Source: an uncultured Verrucomicrobiae bacterium (lineage in GTDB: Bacteria > Verrucomicrobiota > Verrucomicrobiia > Chthoniobacterales > Terrimicrobiaceae). Taken from it: a DNA stretch of 64,000 nt. Each line of letters starts with the position of its first letter. The first letter of the stretch is position 1. The position numbers and the translations under genes were made by a program. The DNA is taken from contig CAVPOC010000008.1 of the NCBI GenBank assembly GCA_963706955.1, positions 96,001 through 160,000 on the forward strand. The letters are read 5' to 3'. Shown piece by piece: positions 29,095 through 39,962 of the stretch. Below the pieces are notes generated by a model, which was not told the origin of the DNA, ran no database searches, and saw nothing but the letters and a program-made list of their open reading frames with translations.

Positions 29095-29130
29095 TGTAGT
29101 AATAGCTACACTTTGCGTTAATAACTACGC
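29095..29130. promoter_or_regulatory. Two adjacent imperfect palindromes; candidate metalloregulator operator
   Basis: TGTAG-TAATAG-CTACA (29095-29110) and GCGT-TAATAACT-ACGC (29115-29130) just upstream of the oxidase. Confidence 0.35.
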
Positions 29131-29722
29131 GAAGTATCCGGTGAATGTCAATGATTCTCTTGGTCTGAGATTTTCAAGAGTTTCCCTATCGGCGAGTCGG
29201 AGCGTCGAAAACCACGATCAATCGTCCACGAACGCAAGACACGGGGAGCTCCGGCGTCCGGCGAGTTTGGATCGGGCGACGGCGAAAAGTCCGCTCCGCG
29301 TCCTTGGCGTTCAAGCGCTGACCGTCATCTTGCCTGTGGTTAAACTTTGCCGGGACTGGAGGAAAATCTCCTGAATTCTCGCGCTCTCCTTAAGCATGCT
29401 CAGGCTGCGTTCTTTTCTTTCGGGTCATGCTCTTCTTGATGGCGATGCGTATGCTTTCATTTGAGTAGTCGGTCCGGCAGACCGAACCTGAAAATGGTTG
29501 ACTACCCTTGGCCTTCACCTCATACAAATAAGAGGGTTGGCGGCGGAGTCGCCCAGGTTGTTGAACGAGGTTATTCCCTATGGCCGCCGAAAACGACACA
29601 CCCTTCTGCAGCCGGTTCTTGCATCTCATCGCCTGCCACCGGCGGCGTCCTCTTCAGGTGAGATGCGGGAAGTATCACGCCAGCGCGGCGCTTCGGCGAC
29701 ACCAGCAACCAGTGGCATAGCG

Positions 29723-30589
29723 ATGACCGCGAAGAATCCCTATCGACACTTCGTGGACGGCTTTGTCCGCTTGCTGACCGAAAACCGGACGTTGAGCGCG
29801 ACAGATCTGTTGCGGCCCGACCGGGCAGTGGTGGCAACCGGGACGCCCAAGGCTCTCATCTTTGCGCCGCATCCGGACGACGAGGTGATCATTGGCGGGC
29901 TGGCGTTGCGTTTGCTTCGTGAATTGAAGATGAACGTCCTGAATGTCGCGGTGACCCTCGGTAGTCGCGCCGATCGCCAGGCCGAACGCTGGCAGGAACT
30001 TAAGAACTGCTGCGACTACATCGGTTTTGGACTGGTTTCCACGGGAGAGCGAGGACTGGAGGGAATCAACCCGGCCGCGAAAAAGAAGGACCCTCGTCGG
30101 TGGGCGTCGTCGGTCGAGGTGATCGCCAGGCTTTTGTCAGAGCACCAGCCTTCGATCATTTTCTTCCCGCACGACGATGACTGGAACCAGACTCACCTCG
30201 GAGTTCATCATCTGCTCGTCGAGGCGTTGGGCGTGTCTCGTTTGACCTGCCTGACAGTGGAGACGGAGTTTTGGGGCGCGATGGACACACCGAACTTGAT
30301 GGTGGAGTCGAGCGCCGCAGATGTGGCCGATCTGGTCGCCGCGCTCTCCCTGCACGTCGGCGAAGTCGCACGAAACGCCTACCACCTGCGTCTGCCCGCC
30401 TGGATGATCGATAACGTGCGCCGCGGGGCGGAGCTGGTCGGTGGTCAAGGGGGAGCAGCGCCGGAGTTTGCCTTCGCAACTCTCTACCGACTGCGCCGGT
30501 GGGAGAACGGCGAATTTCACAATCTCTTCGCGGACGGCCAAGTGCTCGCCAGCCAGGACGACCTGCGCAAACTGTTTCAACCAGTCTAG
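29723..30589 (+). CDS. PIG-L/LmbE-family N-acetylhexosamine deacetylase
   Basis: APHPDDE motif, PH..D...TH; start set at MTAKNPY. Confidence 0.88.
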   Translation: MTAKNPYRHFVDGFVRLLTENRTLSATDLLRPDRAVVATGTPKALIFAPHPDDEVIIGGLALRLLRELKMNVLNVAVTLGSRADRQAERWQELKNCCDYIGFGLVSTGERGLEGINPAAKKKDPRRWASSVEVIARLLSEHQPSIIFFPHDDDWNQTHLGVHHLLVEALGVSRLTCLTVETEFWGAMDTPNLMVESSAADVADLVAALSLHVGEVARNAYHLRLPAWMIDNVRRGAELVGGQGGAAPEFAFATLYRLRRWENGEFHNLFADGQVLASQDDLRKLFQPV

Positions 30590-30597
30590 ATAAACTT

Positions 30598-31389
30598 ATG
30601 GAGGTTATCATTCGAACGGACCCTGACGCAGTGGCGGAACTCACCTGTCGGTTGATTACCGGGCGGTTAAACGCAAAACCGGATTTGGTTCTTGGATTGG
30701 CGACCGGTCGGACGATGGAACGAGTTTATGAACGCCTCGTTGCCAGGCACAAGAGCGATGGCTTGGACTTCTCGCGCTGCCACACGTTCAATCTGGACGA
30801 ATACATTGGCGTTCCTCCCGAGGATGAACACTCCTATCGCTTCTACATGAACCATCACCTTTTCAGCCGGGTAAATATCGATCTCGCCAACACCCATGTG
30901 CCTGACGGTATGGCAACGGATCTGCGCGCGGGAGCAGCGCATTACGAACAACTCATTCGAATGGCGGGAGGAATTGACGTGCAACTCCTGGGAATCGGGG
31001 AAGCAGGGCATATCGGGTTCAATGAACCTCTCTCCGCCTTTATGTCGCGCACCCGCGATAAGGCTTTGACTCCGCTCACGCGGAAGCAAAATGCCGAAAT
31101 GTTCGGAGGCGACCCCGACAAGGTGCCGAAGCGAGCCCTCACCATGGGCGTCGGCACGATCCTCGATGCAAGGGAATTGTTGCTTCTGGCCACCGGCAAG
31201 GCCAAGGCATCAATCCTTGCCAAGGCAGTTGAAGGGCCGATTACCGCCATGATCAGCGCCTCGGCCATTCAATTGCACCCGAATTGCAAGGTGATCGTTG
31301 ACGAAGACGCAGCTGGTCAACTCGAAGAGCGGGAATATTACGACTGGATCTTTGCCAACGAACCCGAGTGGCAGGAATTCCAATCATAG
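30598..31389 (+). CDS. nagB: Glucosamine-6-phosphate deaminase
   Basis: VLGLATGRT, TFNLDEY, LGIGEAGHIGFNEP, ALTMGVGTI. Confidence 0.96.
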   Translation: MEVIIRTDPDAVAELTCRLITGRLNAKPDLVLGLATGRTMERVYERLVARHKSDGLDFSRCHTFNLDEYIGVPPEDEHSYRFYMNHHLFSRVNIDLANTHVPDGMATDLRAGAAHYEQLIRMAGGIDVQLLGIGEAGHIGFNEPLSAFMSRTRDKALTPLTRKQNAEMFGGDPDKVPKRALTMGVGTILDARELLLLATGKAKASILAKAVEGPITAMISASAIQLHPNCKVIVDEDAAGQLEEREYYDWIFANEPEWQEFQS

Positions 31390-31447
31390 ACTCGCTCGCG
31401 TGGGTTGCGTCCCGTGCCGACTTGGACCCTTTTAGCGGCACTTCACA

Positions 31448-32421
31448 ATGAAGCCGTTTGCATCAGCATCCCTCGCCGAAGCCGGCGTCTTCGCGATCCG
31501 TCAAACTTTGCGACGCATTATTCGAGAGTTCGAAGACGATCCCAACACCGCAGTGAGGCAAACCATCGATGCCGAAACGAAAAAGAGGGCCATCGATGTT
31601 GACCTCATCGCCGATCGGGAGTTTGCCACTCAGTTCCGCCACTATGACGGCGGCAGATATGCATGGGTAGTCGTCACTGGGGAGGAGCGGCCGGGCGACA
31701 GCGACTCTCTTGACGGACCGTTTGGCACATATGTTCTCCTCGATGCATTGGACGGGAGCGATTTGGCGGAGCGAGGACTAGCCAACTGGTGTTCCGCCGT
31801 GGTCTTCTTTGAAGTCGCTCGTTCCACCGCAAAGATTCGTGCCGCAGTAGTTGGCATGCCGCCGAACCACGTCTATTTCGCCACCGACGACGATCCCCGC
31901 GTCCGTGTCTACCGCAATCTTCCTGACCTCGAAGGTCAGTTCTTGGCTAACTTGGCTCTCGAGGCTGAAGAGGTGACCGGCTTGCCTCCAGAGCGAGCAC
32001 TCTCGACGCGTCACTCTATTTTTACGGCCAAAAAGTCGCTCGTCTCTTCGAAATCGCACGACGGCCTCTCTTGGCGGAAGTGGGCAACAAGAATTCGGAA
32101 ATCTTCGTATCTACAATCTCGGCGGGATTCCGATGCTGGTCCGCATGTGCGACCATCAAGTGAAGCGGGCGCGCGGGCGTGGATGCGGTATTCGAGCTGA
32201 GCGGCCAGAGGCCTTACGATGTGGTCCCTGGGCTCTTCTTCGCTCTTAAGCTGGGCGCAACTGTTCTCGATCTGTCCTCTCCCAGCCGACACCCATCGGA
32301 CATCGCCGATCTCGAGCAGGCTTTGTCACACCCGCAAGGAGTTCAGTTGCGATACTTGGCTGCGGCGCACGAGCGATTGGCGAACGAGCTATTCCCGATC
32401 CTTCGGCGTCCAGAGCGGTAA
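31448..32421 (+). pseudogene. Inositol monophosphatase/FBPase-superfamily protein, frameshifted
   Basis: VTGEE, LLDALDGS; later frames give RIYNLGGIPML and VDAVFELSGQRPYDVVPG; at least two shifts. Confidence 0.6.
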
Positions 32422-32670
32422 GTTACTTTCGACGGCCGGTTGGGATCGAAGAACAAAAGTGTTAGCGCGTGACAAGGGGAGCACATCCGTCCCGGGTGTG
32501 GTGCTCGGCGTCCTCGCCGAACACGATCGGTGGTTGGCTCAAAATAAATGGAGAAAGCCGATTCCAATCGTCGCCAATGTCATCAGCCTTGTCGCTAAAG
32601 GCTTGTCCGGCGGGGACGCCGGACAATCACACCCGGGACGGGTGTGCTCCCCAGACAAACCCTGATCTGG

Positions 32671-34449
32671 TTACTTGGAAACCGCGCTCAAGTTCAGCTT
32701 GATCGCGGCGGCAATGGCGGCAGCGCGTTCACCCGCGATAACATGCCAGACGTTGTCCGATGCCTTCATGACACTGCCGGCACCGGCGCTCTGCAATGCT
32801 TCCTGGTCGGCCTTGCCCGTGTCGCGAAGCACGAACCGTAGCCGCGTCACCGCGACATGTTCGCCCTTTTGGACATTGGCAGGTCCGCCGAGCGCCCGCA
32901 CCAATCGCTGAGCGATCTCGGTGTCTTCAGCGCCCGCCCCAACCGGCTGATCAGAGATCGACCGAGGGCCGGGCTCTGCGGCGACGGCCGGCATTGCAGC
33001 GGCCGGCGCGAGCGCCTCATATTGTCCGCCCGCCATCGCTTCCCGAATCTCGCCGGCAAGGATTTCAGCTTGAGGGCCGATTACCACCTGCAAGGCATTG
33101 CGACCCGGCCGCACTATGCCGCGCGCGCCCAAGCTTCGGAGCGCCGGCTCGTTGACCAAAGCATCGTCCACCACTTCGAGTCGCAGGCGCGTCGTACAGG
33201 CGTCCACGAGTTTAAGATTTCGATTGCCACCCAGCGCTCTCACATAGCCGACCGGGCCGGTCAGAGCAGCCGTCGCACCCGCCGCGGCTGCGGCTCCGGC
33301 AGGCAGTGGGGCACCTTCGGCAGAAGGCTCTACGACAGCATCTGCGCGCCCCGGCGTCGCAATGTTGAACTTTCGAATCGCGAAGCTGAAGAGAAAGTAA
33401 TAAATGATGAAGTAGGCGAATCCGACCGGTATCAACATCCAGCCTCTCGTTCCAAGTTTGTAGCTGATGATGTAGTCGAAGGCCCCGGCAGAGAATGTGA
33501 ACCCCAGCCTGACGCCGAGAAGATTCATCAACGCCATGGAAATGCCGGTCAGGATTGCATGGATGACGTAAAGGATCGGCGCGAGAAACATGAAAGTGAA
33601 TTCCACGGGCTCGGTTACCCCCGTCAGAAACGCCGTCAGCGCCATCGATAATAACATGCCCCCAACCAGCTTGCGATTTTCCGGCTTGGCAGCGTGATAC
33701 ATGGCTAGACAGGCCGCTGGGAGACCGAACATCATGACCGGAAAGAAGCCGGTCATAAACGCGCCAGCTGTCGGATCGCCGGCGAAGAAGCGATGGAGAT
33801 CGCCGGTGACCGCTTTGCCCTCCGGGCCCGGATAGCTGCCGAAGACAAACCAGACGAGACTGTTGAGGATGTGATGCAAACCAGTGACCAGGAGGACTCG
33901 GTTGAGCACACCGTAGATGAAGAGCCCCAGGCTACCCGCCCCGATAAGCGCGTGACCTAGCCAGTCGATGCCCGTCTGCACCACCGGCCAGATAAACCCG
34001 CACAATAACCCGAGAATCACGCACGCCAGACCGGTGATGATCGGGACAAATCGTTTCCCTCCGAAGAAAGCGAGATACTCGGGCATCTTGATGTCGTAGA
34101 AACGATTATACAAATTGCCGGCGACAATGCCGCAGAGGATGCCGGCAAGCACTCCCATATCGAGCTTATCATTGATCGACTTCAAGACCGCAGTCAGAAT
34201 GAGGTAACCGATACCGCCGGCCAGAGCGGCTGCACCGTGGTTCTCCTTCGCAAAGCCGACCGCGACTCCGATCGAGAAAATCAGCGGAAGGTTGGTAAAG
34301 ACCGCTCCTCCGGCGTCTGCAATCCATTTGATGTTGAGGAGGTCGGGCTGTCCCAAACGCAACAAGAGTCCGGCGACCGGAAGCACCGCAATCGGCAGCA
34401 TCAACGCCCGACCAAGTTTTTGAAATTTAGCAAACGCAGCTGCACTCAT
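32671..34449 (-). CDS. nagE: PTS N-acetylglucosamine-specific EIICB with a second EIIB-like domain
   Basis: QKLGRALMLPIAVLP, GLHHILN, FLTGVTEP, VDACTTRLR; near nagB. Confidence 0.92.
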   Translation of the reverse strand: MSAAAFAKFQKLGRALMLPIAVLPVAGLLLRLGQPDLLNIKWIADAGGAVFTNLPLIFSIGVAVGFAKENHGAAALAGGIGYLILTAVLKSINDKLDMGVLAGILCGIVAGNLYNRFYDIKMPEYLAFFGGKRFVPIITGLACVILGLLCGFIWPVVQTGIDWLGHALIGAGSLGLFIYGVLNRVLLVTGLHHILNSLVWFVFGSYPGPEGKAVTGDLHRFFAGDPTAGAFMTGFFPVMMFGLPAACLAMYHAAKPENRKLVGGMLLSMALTAFLTGVTEPVEFTFMFLAPILYVIHAILTGISMALMNLLGVRLGFTFSAGAFDYIISYKLGTRGWMLIPVGFAYFIIYYFLFSFAIRKFNIATPGRADAVVEPSAEGAPLPAGAAAAAGATAALTGPVGYVRALGGNRNLKLVDACTTRLRLEVVDDALVNEPALRSLGARGIVRPGRNALQVVIGPQAEILAGEIREAMAGGQYEALAPAAAMPAVAAEPGPRSISDQPVGAGAEDTEIAQRLVRALGGPANVQKGEHVAVTRLRFVLRDTGKADQEALQSAGAGSVMKASDNVWHVIAGERAAAIAAAIKLNLSAVSK

Positions 34450-34853
34450 AATCGTTCAGAATCGTTCTACTTATTTCGTCGTCATCCCGCCACTCCCGGC
34501 GAGCGGTCCAAAATCGTTGCACCACAGCCGACCTTCGGCATGTCCACGCCACACCGCTCTTCGGCATCGATCGAGGAGCAATCGGAGCAGGGACTTCGCC
34601 AAATCACCGGCACCGGATCCCTTCGGGGAACAACATGTGAGATCCACTGGCTTATAAGTTTGCCTATCAGCTCTGTCGGCTCAATGGAAAAGGCGTCTGC
34701 CTGCTAAAATAAGTGTCCCGCCGAAGCTGCCTCAAACCTCGCAAGGCAAAAAGCCAAGTTTCCGCGTTCGTGATCGTCCCTGGATGGGCGTTCTAATCTG
34801 CGGCCATCCGCAAATCTGTGGATGAACCTCATAGCTCGGAATTTGCGTCCGTC

Positions 34854-36630
34854 TCAATTCTTCGCCAATTGTCCGCGCATCTCAGCGGCGTATTGATCCG
34901 CATTGAGGCCAGTCAACAAGATGGATGACGTGATCCGGAAGTTTTACAATCGCCTCAACGCCCGCCGCCCTTAGAGCCGCCTCGTCGAGTGCGCCGTTAG
35001 TGGTCACGACACGCAAACGCGTCTCGGCGCAGGCATCCACGCGCTGGATGTTTGCCTTACCTCCGAGCGCTTTGATCAGAGCGCTCGCCTTCTCGGCGGC
35101 AAGCGGATCGCGCAGCTTCGGCTGGATGCCCGCCTGGGCGGGCGCTTTCACCGGCGACGGCGCCTCCACTTCGTCAGCCTCAGGGCCCGCAACCTTCAAG
35201 TACTCGCCAATCTCAGTCTTCAAGACATCGGAGCGAGTGCCAAAGATCGCTTGCACGCCGTCGCCCACCATCACGACACCAGCAGCCCCCATCGCTTTTA
35301 GCTTGTTCGCGTTGACCTTACTTGGATCTTTGAGCTTCACGCGCAGGCGCGTGATGCAGGCGTCGAGATCCACGATGTTGCTTCGCCCGCCAAGCGCGCG
35401 CACGATCTGCAGCGAGAACTCATCACCGCCGGCCGAATGTGTCACCTCGGCTTCCTCGACAGCTTCGCGGCCCGGCGTCTTCAGGTCAAACCTCCGGATA
35501 ATCAAGCTGAAGATGAGAAAATAGACCGCGGCCCAGATCGGTCCGAGAACGAAGAGCCAGAGCGCATTGGTCGATTTGGGAAAGAGCACGACATAGTCGA
35601 TCAAGCCGTGCGAGAAGGTGAAGCCATGCCTGATGCCAAGCAGGATGCAGATGAGATACGCGGCGCCGGCCAATAGCGCGTGAATCATGTAGAGGAATGG
35701 CGCGACGAAGAGAAAGGCAAACTCGATCGGCTCGGTGATGCCGGTAAGGAATGCCGTCAGCGCGGCCGAAATCATAACGCCTCCGATCTTGGCGCGATTT
35801 TCCGGACGAGCTGCCAGCGTGATGGCGGCAGCCGCGGCGGGAAGACCCCACATCTTGAACAGATAGCCGCCCGTCATGTTTCCGGCCGTCGGGTCGCCCG
35901 CGATGAAGCGCGCAATTTCGCCATGCACTTCTTTTCCGGTGCTCGGATCCACGAAGTCGCCTGCCTGAAAGAAGAACGGCACGTTCCAAACGTGGTGCAA
36001 TCCAAAGGGGATGAGCGAGCGCTCCACGATGCCGTAGATGGTAAATGCGAGAGCGGGTTGCCCGTGCACCGCCCAATGGGAAAACGCATTGATGGCGCTG
36101 CCAATGGGCGGCCAGATAAAACTCAGAATCACCGCGGCAACGATAACCGCAAAGGCCGTGATGATCGGCACCGAGCGCTTTCCAGCAAAAAATCCGAGAT
36201 AGGAGGGTAATTGGACCTTATAAAAGCGGTTGAAAGCCCAGGCGGCGATAAGACCCACAATAATGCCCCCGAAGACGCCGGTCTCGATAGTGGGGATTCC
36301 CATGGCCGTCGCCGTTTCAATCCCGCGTATTTTCGCAAGGACGCCCATGGCAGCGAGGAAGACCGCAAACCCGACCGTGCTTGCCAGCGCGGCCACGCCG
36401 TCATTGTTGGTCAGCCCGATGGCCACGCCGATGGCAAAAAGCAGAGGCAGGTTGGAGAAAATCGCCCCGCCGGATTGCGCCATGACTTGCGAGACGACCT
36501 GCGGCAGCCAGGAAAAGTTGGCACTGCCAACTCCGAGCAAGATGCCGGCGACCGGCAGGACCGAGACCGGCAGCATCATGCACTTGCCGATCTTTTGGAG
36601 ATAGGAAAAGGCGTTCGAGAAAAAGGCCAT
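34854..36630 (-). CDS. ptsG: PTS glucose-specific EIICB with a second EIIB domain; apparent +1 frameshift near the 3' end
   Basis: [47 protein letters not shown]; shifted frame gives [20 protein letters not shown] ending at 34854. Confidence 0.88.
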
Positions 36631-36642
36631 AGCTTTGAAGAT

Positions 36643-39177
36643 TTAGTGGTTGGTTTCCGGAAGGAGGGCGCGAACTTCGGCGCCCGTGCTGCAATTGAGA
36701 GCGCGTCGCGCGAGTTCCTGGCAGTCTGCGTGAGAAAGGCGGCGCACCTGGGCTTTGATTGTCGGGATCGCCGGCACGCTCACGCTCAGCTCGTCCACGC
36801 CGAGTCCGATCAGGATGGGCACGGCCTGGGCATCGCCGGCGATACCGCCGCACACGCCGGTGAACCGGCCATGCTTGCGAGCGCCTTCGACAGTCTGAGC
36901 GATCAGGCGAAGCAATCCGGGATTCAAGGCATCAACCTTGGGTGCGAGCTTGGGATGCCCGCGATCCATGGCGAGCGTGTATTGGGTGAGATCGTTGGTT
37001 CCGATGGAAAAGAAATCTGCCTCCTTGGCGAAGATTTCCGCCATCACAGCGACGGCGGGAATTTCCACCATGATGCCGCACGGCATCGGTGCGATTCCCA
37101 ATGAATCCGCTTCTTCGGCGAGGATTGCCTTTGTATCGCGCAGCTCTGCAATTGTGGCGATCATCGGGAACATGATCCAGACCTTGCCGAATTCCGATGC
37201 GCGGAGGAGGGCGCGCAGTTGCGTGCGAAGGATTTCAGGCCGGTCGAGTCCGACGCGAATTCCCCGCTCGCCGAGGAACGGATTGTCCTCCTTCGGAATT
37301 GGCAGATAGGCGAGCGGCTTATCGCCGCCGACATCCAGGGTGCGGATGATGAGAGTTTGTTCCCGGCCGACCACCTGTGCGATCGCCTTGTACTCCTCGA
37401 ATTGCTCGTCTTCGCTTGGGGCGGCCACACGCTCCATGAAGAGAAATTCGGAGCGCAGCAAACCGACGCCATCGCCGCCCAGCTGCGCCACTTCGCCGGC
37501 GTCCTTGAGTCCTCCAATATTGGCGGCGACCTCGATGTGGCGGCCGTCGCTTGTTGTGGCGGGCTCGAGCGCGTGCGAGAGATCTTCCTTGCGCTGTTTT
37601 TCATGGCGGATCTGGGCTTCGCGAAGGTTTGTCATTTCCTCCCTGGAAGGATTCAACCGAAGGGTGCCCTTACTGCCATCCAGGATCACTGGCGTGCCAT
37701 TGGCGAGCTCCAGAGCGCGCGCCTCGACGCCGGCGAGGGCGGGAATTCCCAGCGAGCGTGCCAGGATCGCCACGTGCGAGGTGGCGCCACCACGCACCGT
37801 CGCAAAGCCCATCACCTTGCCACGCTCCATCGCGGCGGTGTCCGATGGCGTCAAATCCTCAGCGATGAGAACCGCGTTGGCCGGGTAGGAAGGAGCTTTC
37901 CGTTTGATTCCGGTGAGGAATTCCAGCACGCGCTCGCCCACGTCCCGAAGGTCGTTGGCGCGCTGTGCGAGCAGTTGGTTGCGCAGACTGGCGAGCCGGT
38001 CAGCGTGGGTCTTGACGGCGCTTTTCCAGGCGAAGGCAGCGCTCTTGCCCTTGGCAATAGCGGAGGTGGCGATCTCGATCAGATCAGGGTCCTCGAGGAG
38101 CTCGGAGTGGGCCGCGAAAATGGCGGCTTTCGCTTGCTCTTTGTGGCCATGCAACTGAGCGCGCAGGCCTTCGAGCTGTCCGGCGGCCTTATCCAGGGCG
38201 TCGTCGAGCAAGCGCCGCTCCTGGTCGGGCCTGCCCCCCTCTTCCTTCACTTGGATATCCACATGGCGGACCTGGTAAACTTCCCCTACCGCCAAACCCG
38301 AGGACGCCGCCACGCCGACGAGCAGATTCGGATCACCCTCCTTCTGTGGCGCCGGTGCAGAGATAAGCGCTGCATTCATCGCCGCCAGCGCGGTTGCTGG
38401 GACGCAGCCCTCATCTCCAAGTCCTTCGGCGATCATCGGCGTGAGTTTGTCCAAGGCCTCCCTGGCGTCGGGTCCCTTCGCCACCAACACGACCTTGTCG
38501 CCCAGCGCTGTCTCCAGAGCCAGCAACGACGTGACGCTGCGGGCGTTCGCAGAACGATCGCCGAGCTGGAGGCGGACATCGCTCTTAAACGTCTTGGCGA
38601 CACTGCTCAATACAGCCGCGGGCCGAGCATGCAAGCCATTGGGATTTGGCAGAATGATTGCCTCCGAAGTGACCGTCGGACCTGTTTGGGCCTCCGCTGT
38701 CGCGGCTGCGCCATTCAAGGTCAAGGTCAATACCGAGGTCTTGCCGACGACAGCCGTGCCGGTTCCATAGACAGTGTTGGTGACCCGCTCGCCGTTCGAG
38801 ATGATCACTTCCGTGAGCAGGCTCTTGGCGTTCGTCGCGACGTAGTCGAGATCGAATTCGATCAGCGCCGCGCCCGTATCGACCTTGTCCCCGATCTTTA
38901 CTCGCGGCGTAAATCCCTTTCCCTTCAAGGTCACGGTGTCGATTCCGACATGCATGAGCACCTCGATACCGTCGGCTGTCTTCAGGGTGACCGCGTGACC
39001 GGCAGCGTGCTGCTGCACGATCTCGCCGGGACACGGCGCTCTTAAAATGTTGTCTGTCGGGTCAATCGAAATGCCGTCGCCGGCGAGCTTTTGCGAAAAG
39101 ACCGGGTCGGGCACGCGTTCGAGGGGATAGATCACGCCGGAGACCGGCGCAAGGAGGGTAAGTTGGCCGTTGCTCAT
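36643..39177 (-). CDS. ptsP: Multiphosphoryl transfer protein, EIIA(Glc)-HPr-EI fusion
   Basis: DPVFS..GDG and MHVGIDTV (EIIA); GLHARPA (HPr); GGATSH, RTLDVGGDK, FSIGTNDLTQY (EI). Confidence 0.95.
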   Translation of the reverse strand: MSNGQLTLLAPVSGVIYPLERVPDPVFSQKLAGDGISIDPTDNILRAPCPGEIVQQHAAGHAVTLKTADGIEVLMHVGIDTVTLKGKGFTPRVKIGDKVDTGAALIEFDLDYVATNAKSLLTEVIISNGERVTNTVYGTGTAVVGKTSVLTLTLNGAAATAEAQTGPTVTSEAIILPNPNGLHARPAAVLSSVAKTFKSDVRLQLGDRSANARSVTSLLALETALGDKVVLVAKGPDAREALDKLTPMIAEGLGDEGCVPATALAAMNAALISAPAPQKEGDPNLLVGVAASSGLAVGEVYQVRHVDIQVKEEGGRPDQERRLLDDALDKAAGQLEGLRAQLHGHKEQAKAAIFAAHSELLEDPDLIEIATSAIAKGKSAAFAWKSAVKTHADRLASLRNQLLAQRANDLRDVGERVLEFLTGIKRKAPSYPANAVLIAEDLTPSDTAAMERGKVMGFATVRGGATSHVAILARSLGIPALAGVEARALELANGTPVILDGSKGTLRLNPSREEMTNLREAQIRHEKQRKEDLSHALEPATTSDGRHIEVAANIGGLKDAGEVAQLGGDGVGLLRSEFLFMERVAAPSEDEQFEEYKAIAQVVGREQTLIIRTLDVGGDKPLAYLPIPKEDNPFLGERGIRVGLDRPEILRTQLRALLRASEFGKVWIMFPMIATIAELRDTKAILAEEADSLGIAPMPCGIMVEIPAVAVMAEIFAKEADFFSIGTNDLTQYTLAMDRGHPKLAPKVDALNPGLLRLIAQTVEGARKHGRFTGVCGGIAGDAQAVPILIGLGVDELSVSVPAIPTIKAQVRRLSHADCQELARRALNCSTGAEVRALLPETNH

Positions 39178-39355
39178 AGGGATTAAGATGGCTTAGGGAG
39201 AGACCGTCCCCAGTATCAAGCTGACTTTTGAGCACCTCGTGTTCAAAAATCTCGCGCTCCGGCTGCAGCGGCCTCTGCCGGCCATCAAGAGCACAAACCA
39301 GTCGCCGCCGTGTCAACCCCAATCGCGCATGAGCAGGCTCACAGACGAAGAGCTT

Positions 39356-39521
39356 TGTAGCGACGATGTCCCCATCGTCGTCGTGTTCTTTCGTATCGGC
39401 AATGCCACCCCGCAGGCGCTAAGCGCCAGCGTTGCGGAGCCGTCCCTATCGTCGTTGGCGGCTGAACGGACCGAATCCTCACGGTCGAGGGTGTTTCGGC
39501 GGTGCGGACACCGCCGCGACA
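39356..39521. repeat. Inverted pair of GTAG-type REP-like hairpins
   Basis: TGTAG-CGACGATG-TCCC-CATCGTCG at 39356; reverse-strand TGTCG-CGGCGGTG-TCCG-CACCGCCG at 39497-39521. Confidence 0.75.
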
Positions 39522-39553
39522 GCAAACGCGCGCGAACCGAATACTGAAGGGAG

Positions 39554-39709
39554 CTATCTCGGTCTTCTGATGAACGAGATGATCGCCAAAATCAGAAAGA
39601 CAACAAAAAGGACTTTCGCGATCCAGGCGGCGGTTCCGGCAATCCCACCAAAGCCGAGGAAGGCAGCAATCAGGGCGATGACCAGGAAAACAAGGGCGTA
39701 GTAGAGCAT
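39554..39709 (-). CDS. DUF1328 (UPF0391) small membrane protein
   Basis: [35 protein letters not shown]. Confidence 0.92.
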   Translation of the reverse strand: MLYYALVFLVIALIAAFLGFGGIAGTAAWIAKVLFVVFLILAIISFIRRPR

Positions 39710-39806
39710 ATGGGTTGGTTCTGAGTTGAGAGTTGAGGTAATAGCTAAGCGTTCACAGAATTGAAAGCTAGAACGCTTAGGCAATACAAAGCGGACGTGA
39801 ACATAT

Positions 39807-39887
39807 CTCCTCCTCGTTCTCGTCCCTCGTCCTCGAAACACCCCCGTCGATTCGAGGACGAGCACGAGGAGGAAGGACGAGGACGAA
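39807..39887. repeat. CTCGTC/GACGAG hexamer-based imperfect palindrome
   Basis: CTCCTCCTCGTTCTCGTCCCTCGTCCTCGAA ... TTCGAGGACGAGCACGAGGAGGAAGGACGAGGACGA. Confidence 0.7.
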
Positions 39888-39962
39888 CGCTGCTGCTACG
39901 TGAGATGCCTCCCCAGCAGGTATTTGGCCGGAGCAAAGCAGGTGAGGCAAGCCCCTACCCTT

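Noticed and set aside
37219..39045. 608-aa plus-strand ORF and similar long ORFs opposite PTS, MCO and rfb genes
   Set aside because: Antisense to well-supported genes in GC-rich DNA, with no recognisable motifs.
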